This document shows positions 27,020 through 40,245 of a DNA stretch of 64,000 nt, in pieces. The first letter of the stretch is position 1. Each line of letters starts with the position of its first letter. Source of the stretch: the human T2T-CHM13v2.0 reference genome, Homo sapiens; assembly GCF_009914755.1 (NCBI RefSeq), contig NC_060928.1; one strand, written 5' to 3'. A program made the position numbers and the translations under genes. The notes beneath the pieces are model-generated. The model was not told the DNA's origin. It worked only from the letters and a program-made list of their open reading frames with translations, and made no database searches.

Positions 27020-27275
27020 TGCCAAGTGCAGTGGCTCATGCCTGTAATTCTAGCACTTTGGGAGGCTGAGGAGGGTGGATCACTTGAGATCAGGAGTTTG
27101 AGACCTCCTGGACCATATGGTGAATCCCAAACTTTACTAAAAATACCAAAAATTACCTGGGCATGGTGGCACGTGCCTGTAATTCCAGCTACTCACGAAG
27201 CTGAGACAGGAGAATCTCTGGGCAACAGAGTGAGACTCCATCAGAAAAAAATAAAAATAACAGAAAGAAAAAAGA
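27020..27275 (+). mobile_element. AluS (Sz type) with ~57-bp right-arm deletion
   Basis: GGAGAATC joined directly to TCTGGGCAACAGAG. Confidence 0.9.
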
Positions 27276-28199
27276 AAAACAATAACTGCATCTATATTTA
27301 CTCTATGTTGTATATTTATTTCTATAATAGATATAATTATTTATATTCAGAGGCATTTCAATTTCTCCTGAAAGAAAATTATAACTGCCTTGTATATAGG
27401 TCGAGTATATACTACTTTTTGAACTGAAAAGAACAAAATGACTGTTAAGGAATGTATTAATCTGCACAAAAACCACGTATATACTGACTGTTTTAATTCC
27501 TTAGGCACAGAGCATGGACATGTATTTTAAATGGAGGAAGTCTTGGAAGCAAGGTAAATGTAACTATTTGTAATTCATTTAGTAGTTTAGATTTTATCCT
27601 GAATCTTTGTATATGAGATATATTGGCTTATTCTTGTTTCAACCCTGACAATCTTTAAGCTTTTTCATGTTGCATGTACAAATTGAGGATATAACTGGCA
27701 GGCAGCCAAGAATATGCAACTATGGTACTGTATCTATTAAAATAGTATCATGAATAGTCAGTTAAAATTATCCTATTCATGTAATCTTTCTCAAAAAAGA
27801 ACATAAAATGTATGATTACTTCTACTAGAGATGGACCAATATTTTAGTATAAGTAAATGCGAGAATGTAAAAACAAGTCATTAAAATTTGTCAACAATTA
27901 AAATGAAAACAAACATTTTTTCCAGAAAAATGTTCAGCTCTATTTGCAATAAAGACTATCTTTGACCAAAAGAAGAAAAGAAAGATAAATAATAGTAATT
28001 TAAACTGGTGTTCAGTATAATCCAGATTTGTGGGGCTACCAGGTTTTTTTTTATATTTCACAATCATTTGAAGAAGTTCCATTTCAAAACTATCAATGGT
28101 GTTTTTGTAAGTTTCCAAAATAGACAATTCCAGCAAATTCAGTTATAGTCCATGGCAGGATTTCTTATAGATGAGACTGAGGAAACATGTAAAATGCAA

Positions 28200-28580
28200 A
28201 AACATACAGGCCTAAGAACTTCATACATAGAAAAGAGGTGATGGAGGTGAGAAGCCGTGCTGTTCCCAAGCAGAGAGAAGAGCATGGGCCATGCTAAGGA
28301 TATCTGAATTGGAATGACCTACTGGGGAATCAAAATGGAGAGATATAGATGAAGCAGAAAAAACACTGAGGGAGGAGTGGAAATTGAAGAAATAAATTTA
28401 GGTTAGGCACACTGGCAAATGACTTTGTGTGTCATATTAGGCAATGGAGAGATATTGACATCAATTCAATTGGGAGAGTGATTTGAATAGATTTTGCTGT
28501 AAAACTAGCATCGCCTTTGTGTGTGTGCAGGGTGTATATATTAGGATGTGAATGGGTATTGGAAACTCAGTTTTAGACAT
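28200..28580 (-). mobile_element. L2 fragment
   Basis: CCAAGCAGAGAGAAGAGCATG, AGGCAATGGAGAG, GGGAGAGTGATTTGAATAGATTT. Confidence 0.55.
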
Positions 28581-30426
28581 TTCTTAAAAAATTAATTCCT
28601 TATCATTACAGTTTCTGTCCATGTCTACACATCCTGTTTCTGTAGCAAGAAGTAGTGCAAATTTTCAATGTAACAATTAAATTTCTTATAAAAAGAAAAA
28701 GATTATTTTGTGTATTGATAGTATATTCTCTGAATAAAATAATTTCAACCCATTAATCCTTCTGGATTTTCATAACTTCTCATTGAATAACTTCTCCCTT
28801 ATTTATTTATGGTTTCTTATACAAATTAGGTATTTTAACACTCAGTTATAATATAGTATGTGGAGATTAAATAGAGCTTTAGAAACAGCATTTACATATC
28901 TATATAGTTTTATAATCTCATGTATACCATTACTTTTAAATAGAGACTAAAAGTTTACTCATTGATAATCTATTGGTAAGAGCCAATCAATGAATGTTCC
29001 CGAAGTCGTAATAGGTTTAAACAAAATTGAAAATCATTATTATAGTAAGTGTGAAATATTATTTCTTTATATTTTGGATGATTTACATTGAATTGTGCCC
29101 TAGCACAAACCTACTACTTAAGTAGTGTGCTGATATTGTTAAAATATATTTTCTACAGTATTCTCACTTATTCTACTTATCATCCAGATGTAAGGGAATA
29201 AATTTATAAGAAAATGGAGGTCTTCAATCACTCTGCAGAGGGGTTATATTCCCTTGAAAGAAAAAAAAATCAAGTTAAATCTAGTAATTGTTTTAAAATG
29301 CTTTAATATTTTATTTTTCTCAAGAAATTTATAGTATACTTTTATTATAAATGCACACCATGACTTATTAACTTTCCAGAAATGCATTCTTTCATTCAAA
29401 GTCACATCCAAATAGCAGCTCTTCAGAGTACAAATGGGAAATCTTACTCATCTTGGTCATGCCCCTTGGTGCTATTCCCTAAATGGAATTTGAAATGACT
29501 GTTCAAGAAATCTAGTGTAGCTAGAGGAATAAAAATGAATAAATAGCTAAATCATAATGTACAGAATAAAAGGGTTTCACTAGGATTGTGGTCATCTGTG
29601 GGAAGAGATAAATTATATTTTAACATTGCCAACAGTATTTCACAAATACCTGCCTCTAACAATTGCTACAAATGAACCCAAATGGTTTTATGTGAATGTG
29701 TAAGTGAACAAAACCGCTCTTGTTTCAATGAGGTAAATGAACAAAGGCACTCAATTAGAATGTTCTCATTGCTAGCACCAGCAGCTTAAAGGTGTCCAGT
29801 TTGGCCTTATCATAAAAGGCAGTCAGGTTCCTGCAGTGCAGCATATCAAGACAAATGGTCTCACCTACATTTCTGTAAAACATCACCTTTCTAATCTGTA
29901 CAGATATGTAGGTGAAGGGCTTGATAACTAACAATCCAATTATTCAGTATTGTAGGAACTCTTTAGCTATAACCTTTATGTTTTTCCATTCCTATAAGCT
30001 CCCTGTGAAAGGTGACGTATATGTTCAGAAGACATATAGAAAACTGACAACTGATTTAGGTTCTATATAGTGCACTGAACCACTTTCATTCCATATAAAT
30101 GAGTTATTCTTAGAGCATCCTTATTTTAAAAAGTAAATATCTTTTAATATTTTATGACATTGAAATTATTTAATATGTTTTCCTTAGAACAAGACAGGTT
30201 CTTGTTGATATAGATAAACACCATGAGTACTTAATTCTCATTTTCTGGACATAAGCTGTCTATAAAACTCAGTGTGTGTGTAATCAGTAAATTATGAAAG
30301 AGTGAATAAAATTCAATGATTCATATTTGGAATACAATTGCCAATTATTTTTAGGAAAATAATTTTTCTATCACCCAGACCTAGATTCTGGAATCCAAGT
30401 TGCCCAGAAATGTCTCTTAGTTCTAT

Positions 30427-30602
30427 TGTTCTCTAAACAACTATGTGTAAGAGTCACACTGAGAGCTTATTAAAATGTTTTCTCTGTCCTGTCCCCAAAT
30501 AATCTGTCAGTAGTTGTATACTTGGGTATAGGTATGTAGATTTTTTGTAAGGCACCTCAGGTGACTCAGACCACCTGAGATCTGCAGACTTTGAGAATTA
30601 CT
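30427..30602. mobile_element. MER5 (hAT-Charlie MITE)
   Basis: GAGCTTATTAAAATG...GCACCTCAGGTGACTC...GACTTTGAGAATTACT flanked by NTCTAN-type sites. Confidence 0.65.
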
Positions 30603-30828
30603 CTTCTAGATGCTGTCAGCCAGATACTTACTTGGATAGAGTTTCAGGAAAGAAAATTGTCATGTCTATGTCTTCTAATGACATGAAATGTCGCCTGAAT
30701 ATAAAATCAAATGTCAAAATGATCAAAATAATTGTTAAACAGTGGCCCTTCTCTTCCTCATTCATTTACTCTGGGAAGCTGTTTTCTCTTGGACCTCATG
30801 GTCCTCAAATGCAGTTGACATTAGATAA

Positions 30829-31143
30829 CAAGGCAGAAACTGCTCATCACTTCCAGTATCCATCATACCTTTCTTTCTTAGCAAAGTAACCCAGGATTTT
30901 ACCTTGGTCTTGGATACCCAAAATAAATATCATATTTCCTTACTTCCTTGGAAATGGTGAAGTCTTGTGACTAAGCATTGTCCAAATGACCGTGAGGAGG
31001 TATGATATTGCAACTCTAAAACATCCTGTAAAAAGTGGTCACAATCCTTTTTCCTTCCTTTCTGCTTTCTGATAGATGGAGTAAGTATGATGGCTGGAAT
31101 TGAGTGTCTTAGTCTTTGAGTATAAGCTACATGTAGAGGATGC
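30829..31143 (+). mobile_element. MLT1J-like MaLR LTR 5' part
   Basis: CCCAAAATAAATATCATATTTCC, TGTGACTAAG, ATGATGGCTGGA. Confidence 0.7.
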
Positions 31144-31844
31144 ACCAGGTTTCTTGAAGAGAGATTCTGATTGTTTTCCCTTTTTCATGGCTTTTATTTT
31201 CAAAGGTAAGTTCACATCATGAAACATAGCCTCTTAATAAATATTTGTTGAAAAAAGAAATAAATCTTTTTCAGATCAGATTTCAATTAAATATTACTTT
31301 TTGGATTTCAAAATTAAATTATTCCTTGACTTTTGTACTTTTCACTGAAAGAAGGACAATAAATTGCCACGTCTAGAATGCTTTTGGAAATAAAATAAAC
31401 CCCTTAGTGAATTTTTTTTGCTGATTATGACTGTCACCTACTGTTATTAGACTGAAATTGTGAAGATAATTATAGGGTACTTTTCTGGCATGTTAACTGG
31501 CAATTCTGTCATAGGTAGGTGTTGTTGTTTGGGAAGAAGCTTACAATTATTAAAATGGGAATTTTAGCTGCGGCTTCACTCCAGTAAATACGTAATTCGT
31601 ATCTATATTCAAGCCAAAGAAAAGGAGGGTGGGAGAAATCCATTTAGTATTATAGTGTGCCATTAATAATTTACTTAGCAGATAAAATTAAAATGGGTAT
31701 TTCATCTGTGGAAATTAAAATTCTTACCTCTGAGAAGGCTCTATTTTCCCAGCTGTTAAACACAGGAATGTTTTTCAAATTCTGACAGCAAATTTAATCA
31801 GACAAAAATAATGTGGTTTGATATTTACCTATCTCTTAACTACT

Positions 31845-33330
31845 TGAGAGGTGACAGCGTGCGGCAGCCCTCGCAGCCCTTGCTCGCTCTCAGTGCCTCC
31901 TCGGCCTCAGCGCCCACTCTGGCCGCGCTTGAGGAGCCCTTCAGCCCGCCGCTGCACTCTGGGAACCCCTTCCTGGGATGGCGGAGGCCCGAGCCGGCTC
32001 CCTCAGCCTGTGGGGAGGTGTGGAGGGAGAGGCACAGGCGGGAACCCGGGCTGCGCACTGTGCTTGCGGGCCAGCTAGAGTTCCGGGTGGGCGCGGGCTT
32101 GGCGCCCCAGACTCGGAGCAGCTGGCCGGCCCCGCCAGCCCCCGGCAGTAAGGGGCTTAGCACCCGAGCCAGCAGCTGCAGAGGGTGCGCCGCGTCCCCC
32201 AGCAGTGCCGGCCCACTGGCGCTGCGCTCGATTTCTCCTCAGGCCTTAGCTGCCTCCCCCCAACAGCCCCCCCGCCCCGCCCGCCGAGGGTTCCTGCGCG
32301 GCCCGAGCCTCCCAGATGAGCGCCGCCGCCTGCTCCACTGCGCCCAGTCCCATCCACCGCCCAAGGGCTAAAGAGTGCGGTGGCACGGGGCGGGACTGGC
32401 AGGCAGCTCCACCTGCGGCCCCAGTGGACGATCCAGTGGGTGAAGCCAGCTAGGCTCCTGAGTCTGGTGGGGACTTGGAGAATCTTTATGTCTAGCTAAG
32501 GGACTGTAAACACACCAATCAGCTCTCTGTGTCTAGCTCAGGGTTTGTAAATGCACCAATCTGCACTCTGTATCTAGTTAATCTGGTGGGGACTTGGAGA
32601 CTCTTTATGTCTAGCTAAGGGATTGTGAATGCACCAATCCGCACTCTGTATCTAGCTCAAGGTTTGTAAATGCGCCAATCAGCACTCTGTGTCTAGCTCA
32701 GGGTTTGTAAATACACCAATCGACACTCTGTATCTAGTTAATCTAGTGGGGACTTGGAGAACTTTTGTGTCCAGCTCAGGGATTGTAAACGCACCAATCA
32801 GCACCCTGTCAAAACGCACCAATCAGCTCTTTGTAAAACAGACCAATTGGTGCTCTGTAAAATGGACCAATCAGCAGGATGTGGGTGGGGCCAGATAAGA
32901 GAATAAAAGCAGGCTGCCAGAGCTGTCAGTGGCAACCTGCTGGGCTCCCCTTCTATGCTGTGGGTGCTTTGTTCTTTTGCTTTTTGCATTAAATATTGCT
33001 GCTGTTCACTCTTTGGGGCCACACTGCTTTTATGAGCTGTAACATTGACTGCAAAGGTCTACAGCTTCATTCCTGAAGCCAGCGAGACCACAAACCTACC
33101 AGGAGGAGTGAACAACTTCAGATGCCTTGCATTAAGAGCTGTAACACTCACTGCGAAGGTTTGCAGCTTCACTGCTGAGCCAGCGAGACCACGAACCCAC
33201 CAGAAGGAGGAAAATCCGAACACATCCAAACATCAGAAGGAACAAACTGCGGACTGTAACACTCACCGAAAGGGTCCGCAGCTTCATTCTTGAAGTCAGT
33301 GAGATCAAGAACTCACCAATTCTGAACACA
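31845..33330 (+). mobile_element. ERV9 solo LTR (LTR12C type), full length, 1486 bp
   Basis: TGAGAGGTGACAGCGTG start, CACCAATTCTGAACACA end, 4-bp TSD TACT at 31841-31844 and 33331-33334, CpG-rich U3, enhancer repeats and U5 repeats. Confidence 0.97.
32470..32995 (+). promoter_or_regulatory. LTR12 U3 enhancer/promoter: tandem ~40-bp repeats with CCAAT (NF-Y) and GATA sites, TATA-like AATAAAA, polyA signal variant
   Basis: Nine CCAAT between 32515 and 32872, three TATCTA, GTGGGTGGGG box, GATAAG, AATAAAA at 32902-32908, ATTAAA at 32988-32993. Activity is inferred from the known ERV9 LTR architecture. Confidence 0.75.
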
Positions 33331-35824
33331 TACTTTTTCACATGTCATCGTTTTCTATACAATGTAAAAACTACTGGTTATTCATATCCAATAGTGGAGA
33401 TTCTAGAAATCTTTATAATATAGTATAATATGCAAAAATATAGTTAATATAGTTTGCAGTGTTTTAGAAAAGGAGAAATGAAAACATAAAAAGTTTTCAA
33501 TCTCCTTTTCTCTCACTTTTTGCCTTACCTGAATGAATTTTTCTTCCTGGAATTTTCTTGCTAATTAAGTTTGTGATTTCTTAGAATTGTGTTTACAAAA
33601 GTATAAGCTGTCATAAGTCATGCTATGAAAAAGATAGTGGATTATTCTATTTATGTTATATTTATATGAAATAAAATATTAAAGATAAGGCAGGCTAAGT
33701 TCATTACACAAAATTGATTTTGCTTAAGAATGATGACACATACAAATTATTGATAACTACTTCACAAATTATTTTTCTAAGAAATTGACTATTGCTGTTT
33801 TTTCCCTCCTCTCACAATTTCATGCACTTGAGACCATTTGTAACACCTTTCTTACAACGCTTTCTTCTTTGGCACCACATTACTCTGGTTCTGTACACCC
33901 TCCTTGACTGTTCCTCCTGCGTCTTAATTACGGGAGGCTCATCTCCTCAATGTCTGATCTCCTGAACCACCTCCTTTATTTTTTTGTCTTTAAGAATAAT
34001 TTACATACTGAAACCATAAATGTAACATCTCTCTCAAATTTTAGTATGAGTTTTCTTTTGTCTTGTTCTTTTGCACCAGAATGGAAGTTAGAATTTTAAA
34101 CATATGCAAACATGCAATGATTTTTCTTTCCCCTTCCGACCTTCTAAATCAGCTTCTCTCATACTGGCAATTTATTTTTATTCCACTCCTTTTTAAAAAG
34201 TGTCTTGATATAAACATTTCATAACCATTTATTTGCCCTTACTTCTGCCATTGTTTAATTTTATCAGTTCTATTTAAACTTAAATTCAAAATTTTCAACT
34301 TCAAATAAAGTTAGAAATAAGTTGTGTTCCCTCCTTTCTTTCATATTGTATATTCAATTATTCCAGAAAACTTGTATTTTTATTTGAAGACTGCAATTTC
34401 TAATATTATATTATTTACTTCTGTCATGCATAAATTATTACAATTAGCTTTAAATTAAACGTTAAATAAGTTAGGCCAAATTTTCAAAGTTGTCTAAATT
34501 TACCTCTGTAATTTACTTGAAAGATGCTAAGTAAACTATTTGAAAATAAATCAGTTGAAAAATAGAGAGAAAATATAATCTATACATTTGTAGTTAGGCT
34601 AGATCATGTATTCCTTGTATTATGAAGGTTATGACTTTGAGCACCAGGGCAATTTACCAATGAATAAGCATGAAATATCACATTTATAAAATGAAATGCA
34701 CCCAAAACATAGTAAGTCTATTTTGTGATATCATTCTAAGTTGTAGAATACAGTATATTCTTGTTTAACCCAGTTAGTTCATTATAATCTCTCTGAGAAT
34801 ATAATATTCTGATGTATGAGTCACACTTTTAGAAATTTTCATTTAATATGTCTAGAATATGAACTGGGAAGCATCACTTTTGAAAAGGTCCCCAAAATAA
34901 TTCTAGTTGCATGACCCCCCTCCCTGACCTTTCATCTCTATTCTAAAATAACATATTGAATTCTAACTTTCTAAAACTCTCTTCTTTGTATTTCACATTT
35001 CATATGCTATTATTTTCTATAGCATGTTTGATAATTAGACTTCTCAAAAATGAAAGAAAGGTATCAAATGAAAAATTTTAAAAATGTCCTCTTAAAATGA
35101 AAGATAGCCTACAGCCTACATTTAAATGTTAAATTTTGGTAGTCTCCACTGTGAGAATAATACATTATTTTAGAAATATTTATTTCTTCAAAATAAAGTA
35201 GGTTATGTTTGTTGGAAATATTTCTATTCAATATTTGATGAGACAATTTATATGTTACATAGAACATCTATTGGCTAACGTACATTTGTCCTTCAAAAAC
35301 GTTATTGAAATAATCATCTTATTCTAATTTTCATACCTGGTTGTGATAGCATGAACTATTAGTTTCACTATTTTCACTAAATTGATATTCTAGCAATTCG
35401 TCATTTCGTTTGAAAATATAAGAACTAGAAATATGTTTCATCATAAACATATTGATAATAAAAGAAGAAAGGCATGGTGTAGGTTGACTCTATTTCCCTG
35501 ACATTTTGCACAGCATAGGTATAAACTCAAAATATGCTATCAGTAATTGTGCCATATCTGTGTACTTAGGTCACTATTAGTATAACAGTGCATCTGCTGA
35601 GAAATGAGGCTCTACAAGACAGAAGTGGATACTGTTGCTGTTTTCTTCAATTTTCTTGCTTTAGGCAGTGGAGTCTTGACACTGCAATCAGTTAACCTGG
35701 TCCAGCAGAATATGTTACAATGTCTTTAGAGGACTCCTTTAAATTAGCACTTTATAAAAATATTGAAATGATTTTCTTCTAAACTGATACATATTGCTTG
35801 TATGACAGTGTATGCATGCACACA

Positions 35825-35826
<2 letters not shown>

Positions 35827-35856
<30 letters not shown>
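35827..35856 (+). repeat. (TG)15 microsatellite
   Basis: Direct reading. Confidence 0.97.
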
Positions 35857-35860
<4 letters not shown>

Positions 35861-36904
35861 GTAGCCTTTGATTTATGCAGATTAAGTACTGTTCCAGTCC
35901 AGTCTGAATCTTTCCCTCTGAATTCCATGCTACTTTTACCTTATTTACCTGCTTTTGGCTTCAATAATAGATGCTTTTTATTTTTGGCCAACAAATTAGA
36001 CCAATTGATGGTGTTCTCGCATTTTCCAACTTTAGTCCCTGGATGACTGCTTTGTCTCATGATACCAAGGCTCTGATTACGTTGTGGTGTGAAGAACTAC
36101 TTTAAATCCAAGTAGAGAAGAAATTTTCCAAGGGCTTACTTACAATGGCATCCTTGATATTTCCTGTGAAATATCACTAAAAAGACCCCTGCAGCAATGC
36201 ATCATATGATAAGATTTGGCTAATGTGCAATGATCTATAATCTAAATGTTTTAAATATTTGTACAGTAATGGGTAAATTTATATTAATTTTTTAGTTTTC
36301 ACAGTGTCTAAAAGACCTTTAGCTGGTATCAATAATTATTCCAGTTAGTATATGTGGTGCTCAAGCCAGCTCAGTATTACATTTAGGAATGGAATTTTTC
36401 TTATTGTGATATGTATGCATGTATGAAAATAGAAAAAAAGATATTGTGAGTCCTTAATATTAGAATGATATAATTTTATTTTAAACTAAACTTTTTGATA
36501 AACTATAACTTTACCTAATATATATCCTGAATCTGCTTTTATGTTAATAAGACAATTGAAATAAAAATAAATATTGAAATTGTTTAAAGCATGTTATAAT
36601 AGTAGTGTCTTATTTACTAAATACATAGTTCAATCCTCAATAAAACAATATTACATCACTAATTTATATCTGTCTATTATAAACTAAATATTGGTAATCA
36701 CAACCCATGTTTTCTTAGGTTCAAAATATGTAATATTAGATTATAAACAATTTTTTACTTTAATGTCAACAAAAATTACCCGACTTAAGCCAAACTAAAG
36801 AAAATAAATGAATCATATTTAATGCTTAATTTACTAACTTATACCATCTGATCATGAATTTTGATACCTGTAGATGAGTCATTCTTAAGAAGTCACATTT
36901 TAGT

Positions 36905-37560
36905 CATTTTAATTGAGGTATAATTTATATAATTTGTATGGCATAAACTTAGCTTGTTCTATTTATATAATGTTCTATTTATATAACTCAATAACTTTTA
37001 GTAAATTTACAGTGTCATATAGCCATTACCACACTCCAGTTTTAAACATTTTCATCATTTAAAAAGATCCTTTGTGCTCATCTGCAGGTTTTCCTTGTTC
37101 CCACATCTCTGCTACAGGCACCTACTTACCTGGTTTTTGTATCTAGAGAACTGCCTTTTATTATAAATGGTATTATACAATATGTGGTGTTTCCTATCAA
37201 TCAGGCTTCTTTCACAAACATAATGTTTTTTTTAAGTTCATTCATATTGTAAAATGTGCTTTGTTTCTTTTTACCACTGAATAGTATTTCATTATCTGGA
37301 TACACCACATTTTTTTATCTGTATGCCAATAGGTGGATATTTGTGTTATTTCCAGTTTTTGATTTATGAATAATGCTGCTATAAACATTCCCATAAAATA
37401 TTTTCATAAACATATGATTTTATTTCTTTTAAATGGATCTTTAAGGTAAAATTGCTTAATTTTATGGGACATTTATGCTTATCATTTTAAGAAACTGTCA
37501 AACTCTTTTACAAATTGGCTGTATCATTTTACATTTCCACTTGCAATGTATGAAGTTTTC
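36905..37560 (-). mobile_element. L1MB (MB7/8 type) 3' fragment
   Basis: TTTAATTGAGGTATAATTTA, TTTTAGTAAATTTACAG, GAATAATGCTGCTATAAACATT, AAGAAACTGTCAAACT. Confidence 0.85.
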
Positions 37561-37562
37561 AG

Positions 37563-37810
37563 GACTATGCTGCTGGAGAAATGACATGGAGTACAATTTA
37601 AGTTTCCCAGTCAACTGAACCAGTTAACTGCCGGACATGTGAATGAGGTTATCTTAGCCCTTCCACCTAATGGACTGGTGGGGGCACCAGTCCATTCATC
37701 GAATGACTGCAGCTGCAAGCAGGATGAGCAAAAAAACTTCCAAGCTGAGCACAGTCCAAATTAGAAAATCATGAGTAAATAAACGCATACAAATCTGGTT
37801 TTAAATAGCG
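37563..37810 (+). mobile_element. MLT1G/H-like LTR fragment
   Basis: ACTGCCGGACATGTGAATGAGG, CCAAGCTGAGCACAGTCCAAATTAGAAAATCATGAGTAAATAAA. Confidence 0.65.
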
Positions 37811-37829
37811 TTACGTCACATAACACCTT

Positions 37830-38375
37830 CCTTGTTACTAACTGCATGACAGATTTGTTTTATTATGAATGGCAAGTTCTACTCCTAAATAATACTTCTG
37901 CTTTTGGACTATCTGCGTTTTTGCTTGACATTTTGGTAACCACCACTACTGCTAACTTAAATAATAGGGACATGGAAAGGAGCCCATTTTGTCAGCAGTA
38001 TCTTTGTTGGCTTTGTCAGTGGAAGTCACTAGTGCAGTATCTGAGGGCTGGAGAGGTCAACGTCATTCTAAATCCTTCAGTGGCTACAGTGTTGGACTGT
38101 AGAGTGTCTTGGCCCACTCCTGTGGTGACAGCAAGAAAGAATATGATGCTCTTGCAGCAGCCAGAGCATCTTAGATGCAGAAGGCTAGGGCCTCTTGTCA
38201 CAGTTGCAAGGCCTTCTTTCCTATATTTTCTGGTGTTTGGGGAAGGCCATCCCCGACACCTTTTTACACCTCTACCTTTTCTGATGATTCTGTCATCCAA
38301 CTCATTGCATGAAATTTTTTGTGTGAAATGTCAAGAATGGATTGTAGGGTTTTCCTGACCAATTCCTGACCATTA
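37830..38375 (+). mobile_element. ERVL LTR33-like element; source of the 170-aa ORF
   Basis: 3' end CTGATGATTCTGT...GTTTTCCTGACCAATTCCTGAC resembles the LTR33-family terminus. Confidence 0.5.
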
Positions 38376-39499
38376 AATGCCCCCTGAGAAGCCCATTCAA
38401 AGAAGCTGCTCTATCAAACGCCAAAGGTAGGGAATGAATTTATAGATACTTGTTTCCAAATATATGTTTTAGAAAATTTGTACAGAGTTACAGTCTAGTA
38501 AGCTTGTTTCCATTGAGGAAGAATGCACCTGGGAACCAGGTTAGATAATGTTGAAAGAAGAAACGACCTCTTGGCTTCAACCCCCATCCAGTTATCCCAC
38601 CTGCAGAAGAACATGAGTTCTTTTTCTTTTAAACTGAAATAATAACAGAGTGTTATGGTGGGGGCAAAACAAACAGTTATGCATTCTTTCAGGTCTCAAA
38701 TTATCTCCTACGTTGAGAACTTTGAGCATTAAATGCTCATCTTCCCCCTTGCCTGTTTTACTTCTTCACTCAAAACTTAATCACCACTTCATCAGAAAAG
38801 TCCTCCTTCCTTGGCCTCCCTGATTAGTTGGGTGTCTCCACTGAAACATTTTACAGAAGCAAGTAAATGTACAGAAGTAATGAAAAGTTACTTTTCATTA
38901 CTGAAAAGTAACTTTACAGTTACACGTGTGATTATTGGAATCAAAGCTGTCTCCACAACTTACCTGTCAGTTCCATGAATACAGGGCTATTAACTTGATC
39001 TTTTTTATTGTTGCTATTATTCTCACCATTAAACCTCCTAGCTCTAGCCTTAGTTAATTTGTGATTTGAATCTTAGGTTTATTTATTTTTTCACTCTTTC
39101 CACCTTGGGAAGTTATTTTATCTCTGTACTTTAGTATCCTCCTTCACCTAATATCTGCATTACTTTAAGCAATATATGTAATTTTACTAAGCCTTAATTT
39201 ACTATTTTATTAGCGATGTAACATTGGGTTAAATTAAAACCTTTCTATGTGTCATTGTATTCAGAGTAGGATAATAGTGTTATTTGGAGGATACCTAAGA
39301 CACCTGCAGTGTTCAACATTTAAATGAGGCTACTTGAAAAAATTGAGGTAATACCCTAACACGGTTCCCATAGTAATTAAATTTTATGTGATATAGTCTG
39401 TGTAATTCATATTACATATAGGAGATGAAGAAGTCAAGAAAGTTATTATAATTTGCGTTGTTACATATGGGGAGCGATCTTCATTGTTAAGCAGAAGCT

Positions 39500-39780
39500 T
39501 ATTGATTGAAGAGGATATCAGACAGAAAATCTTCTTTTCTGGTTTTGCCACTAACCATCACTTATTACATAACTGTTTGAGCCCATAGCAGTCCATTAAT
39601 TAACACTATATCCTTAGTAAATATAACATATCTCAGATTCTGTTTCTTCATTAATGAAATGAAACATAACAATACTTATTCTATTAGATAGTTATGAAAT
39701 TTAAATGAGGTAATTCACATTCAGCTCTTAGGATAATTTTTGTAACAATGTAGATACTCAGTATATATTACTTGATATTG
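39500..39780 (+). mobile_element. MIR
   Basis: TCTGGTTTTGCCACTAAC, CTGTTTCTTCAT...TAAATGAGGTAAT. Confidence 0.6.
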
Positions 39781-40245
39781 GTGCTGGTGTTCACTTCACT
39801 GTAATATGCCTTATTTTACAGCCTTTTGAGGTCTTACTTGATCTATTTAACCATATTCTCCATACCACTAGTATAACTGCTTTTCCCTAAAAGGTGATTT
39901 CTTCATTGCCCTCTTAACATGTCATCCAATTTCCATGTTAGAAAGTTTGCCCCAACCTATACCTTCACTTAGTCTGACTCTCTCTCTTCCCAGTTTTTCT
40001 ATCCTTCGACAGCCAGCTCGATGCTATTCTACTGAAATGAGCTTATCTTACGATTTCAACTAATTTTCATGAGAATCTTATACTCAGAGAACATGAGATA
40101 ACACTTACTTGCCTTTGGATTTTAAAAGTAAATATACACATATGGTCCATATAAGATGGTGAGCAAATTGCATTAACCTGAGTAGAGAAATTTTGCCATG
40201 ACATTTTTTTCCACGTCACATGCGTGGTTGTCTTTGTGATTTTTT

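Noticed and set aside
31811-32371. 186-aa Pro/Ala/Arg-rich ORF and apparent CpG-island gene start
   Set aside because: Lies in the GC-rich U3 of LTR12C, where stop codons are rare by composition
32470-32875. Spaced repeats resembling a novel array
   Set aside because: These are the known ERV9/LTR12 U3 enhancer repeats
36955-36986. 16-bp tandem duplication TGTTCTATTTATATAA in L1
   Set aside because: Ordinary slippage duplication
37846-38358. 170-aa ORF
   Set aside because: Within an LTR-like relic, with no recognisable domain
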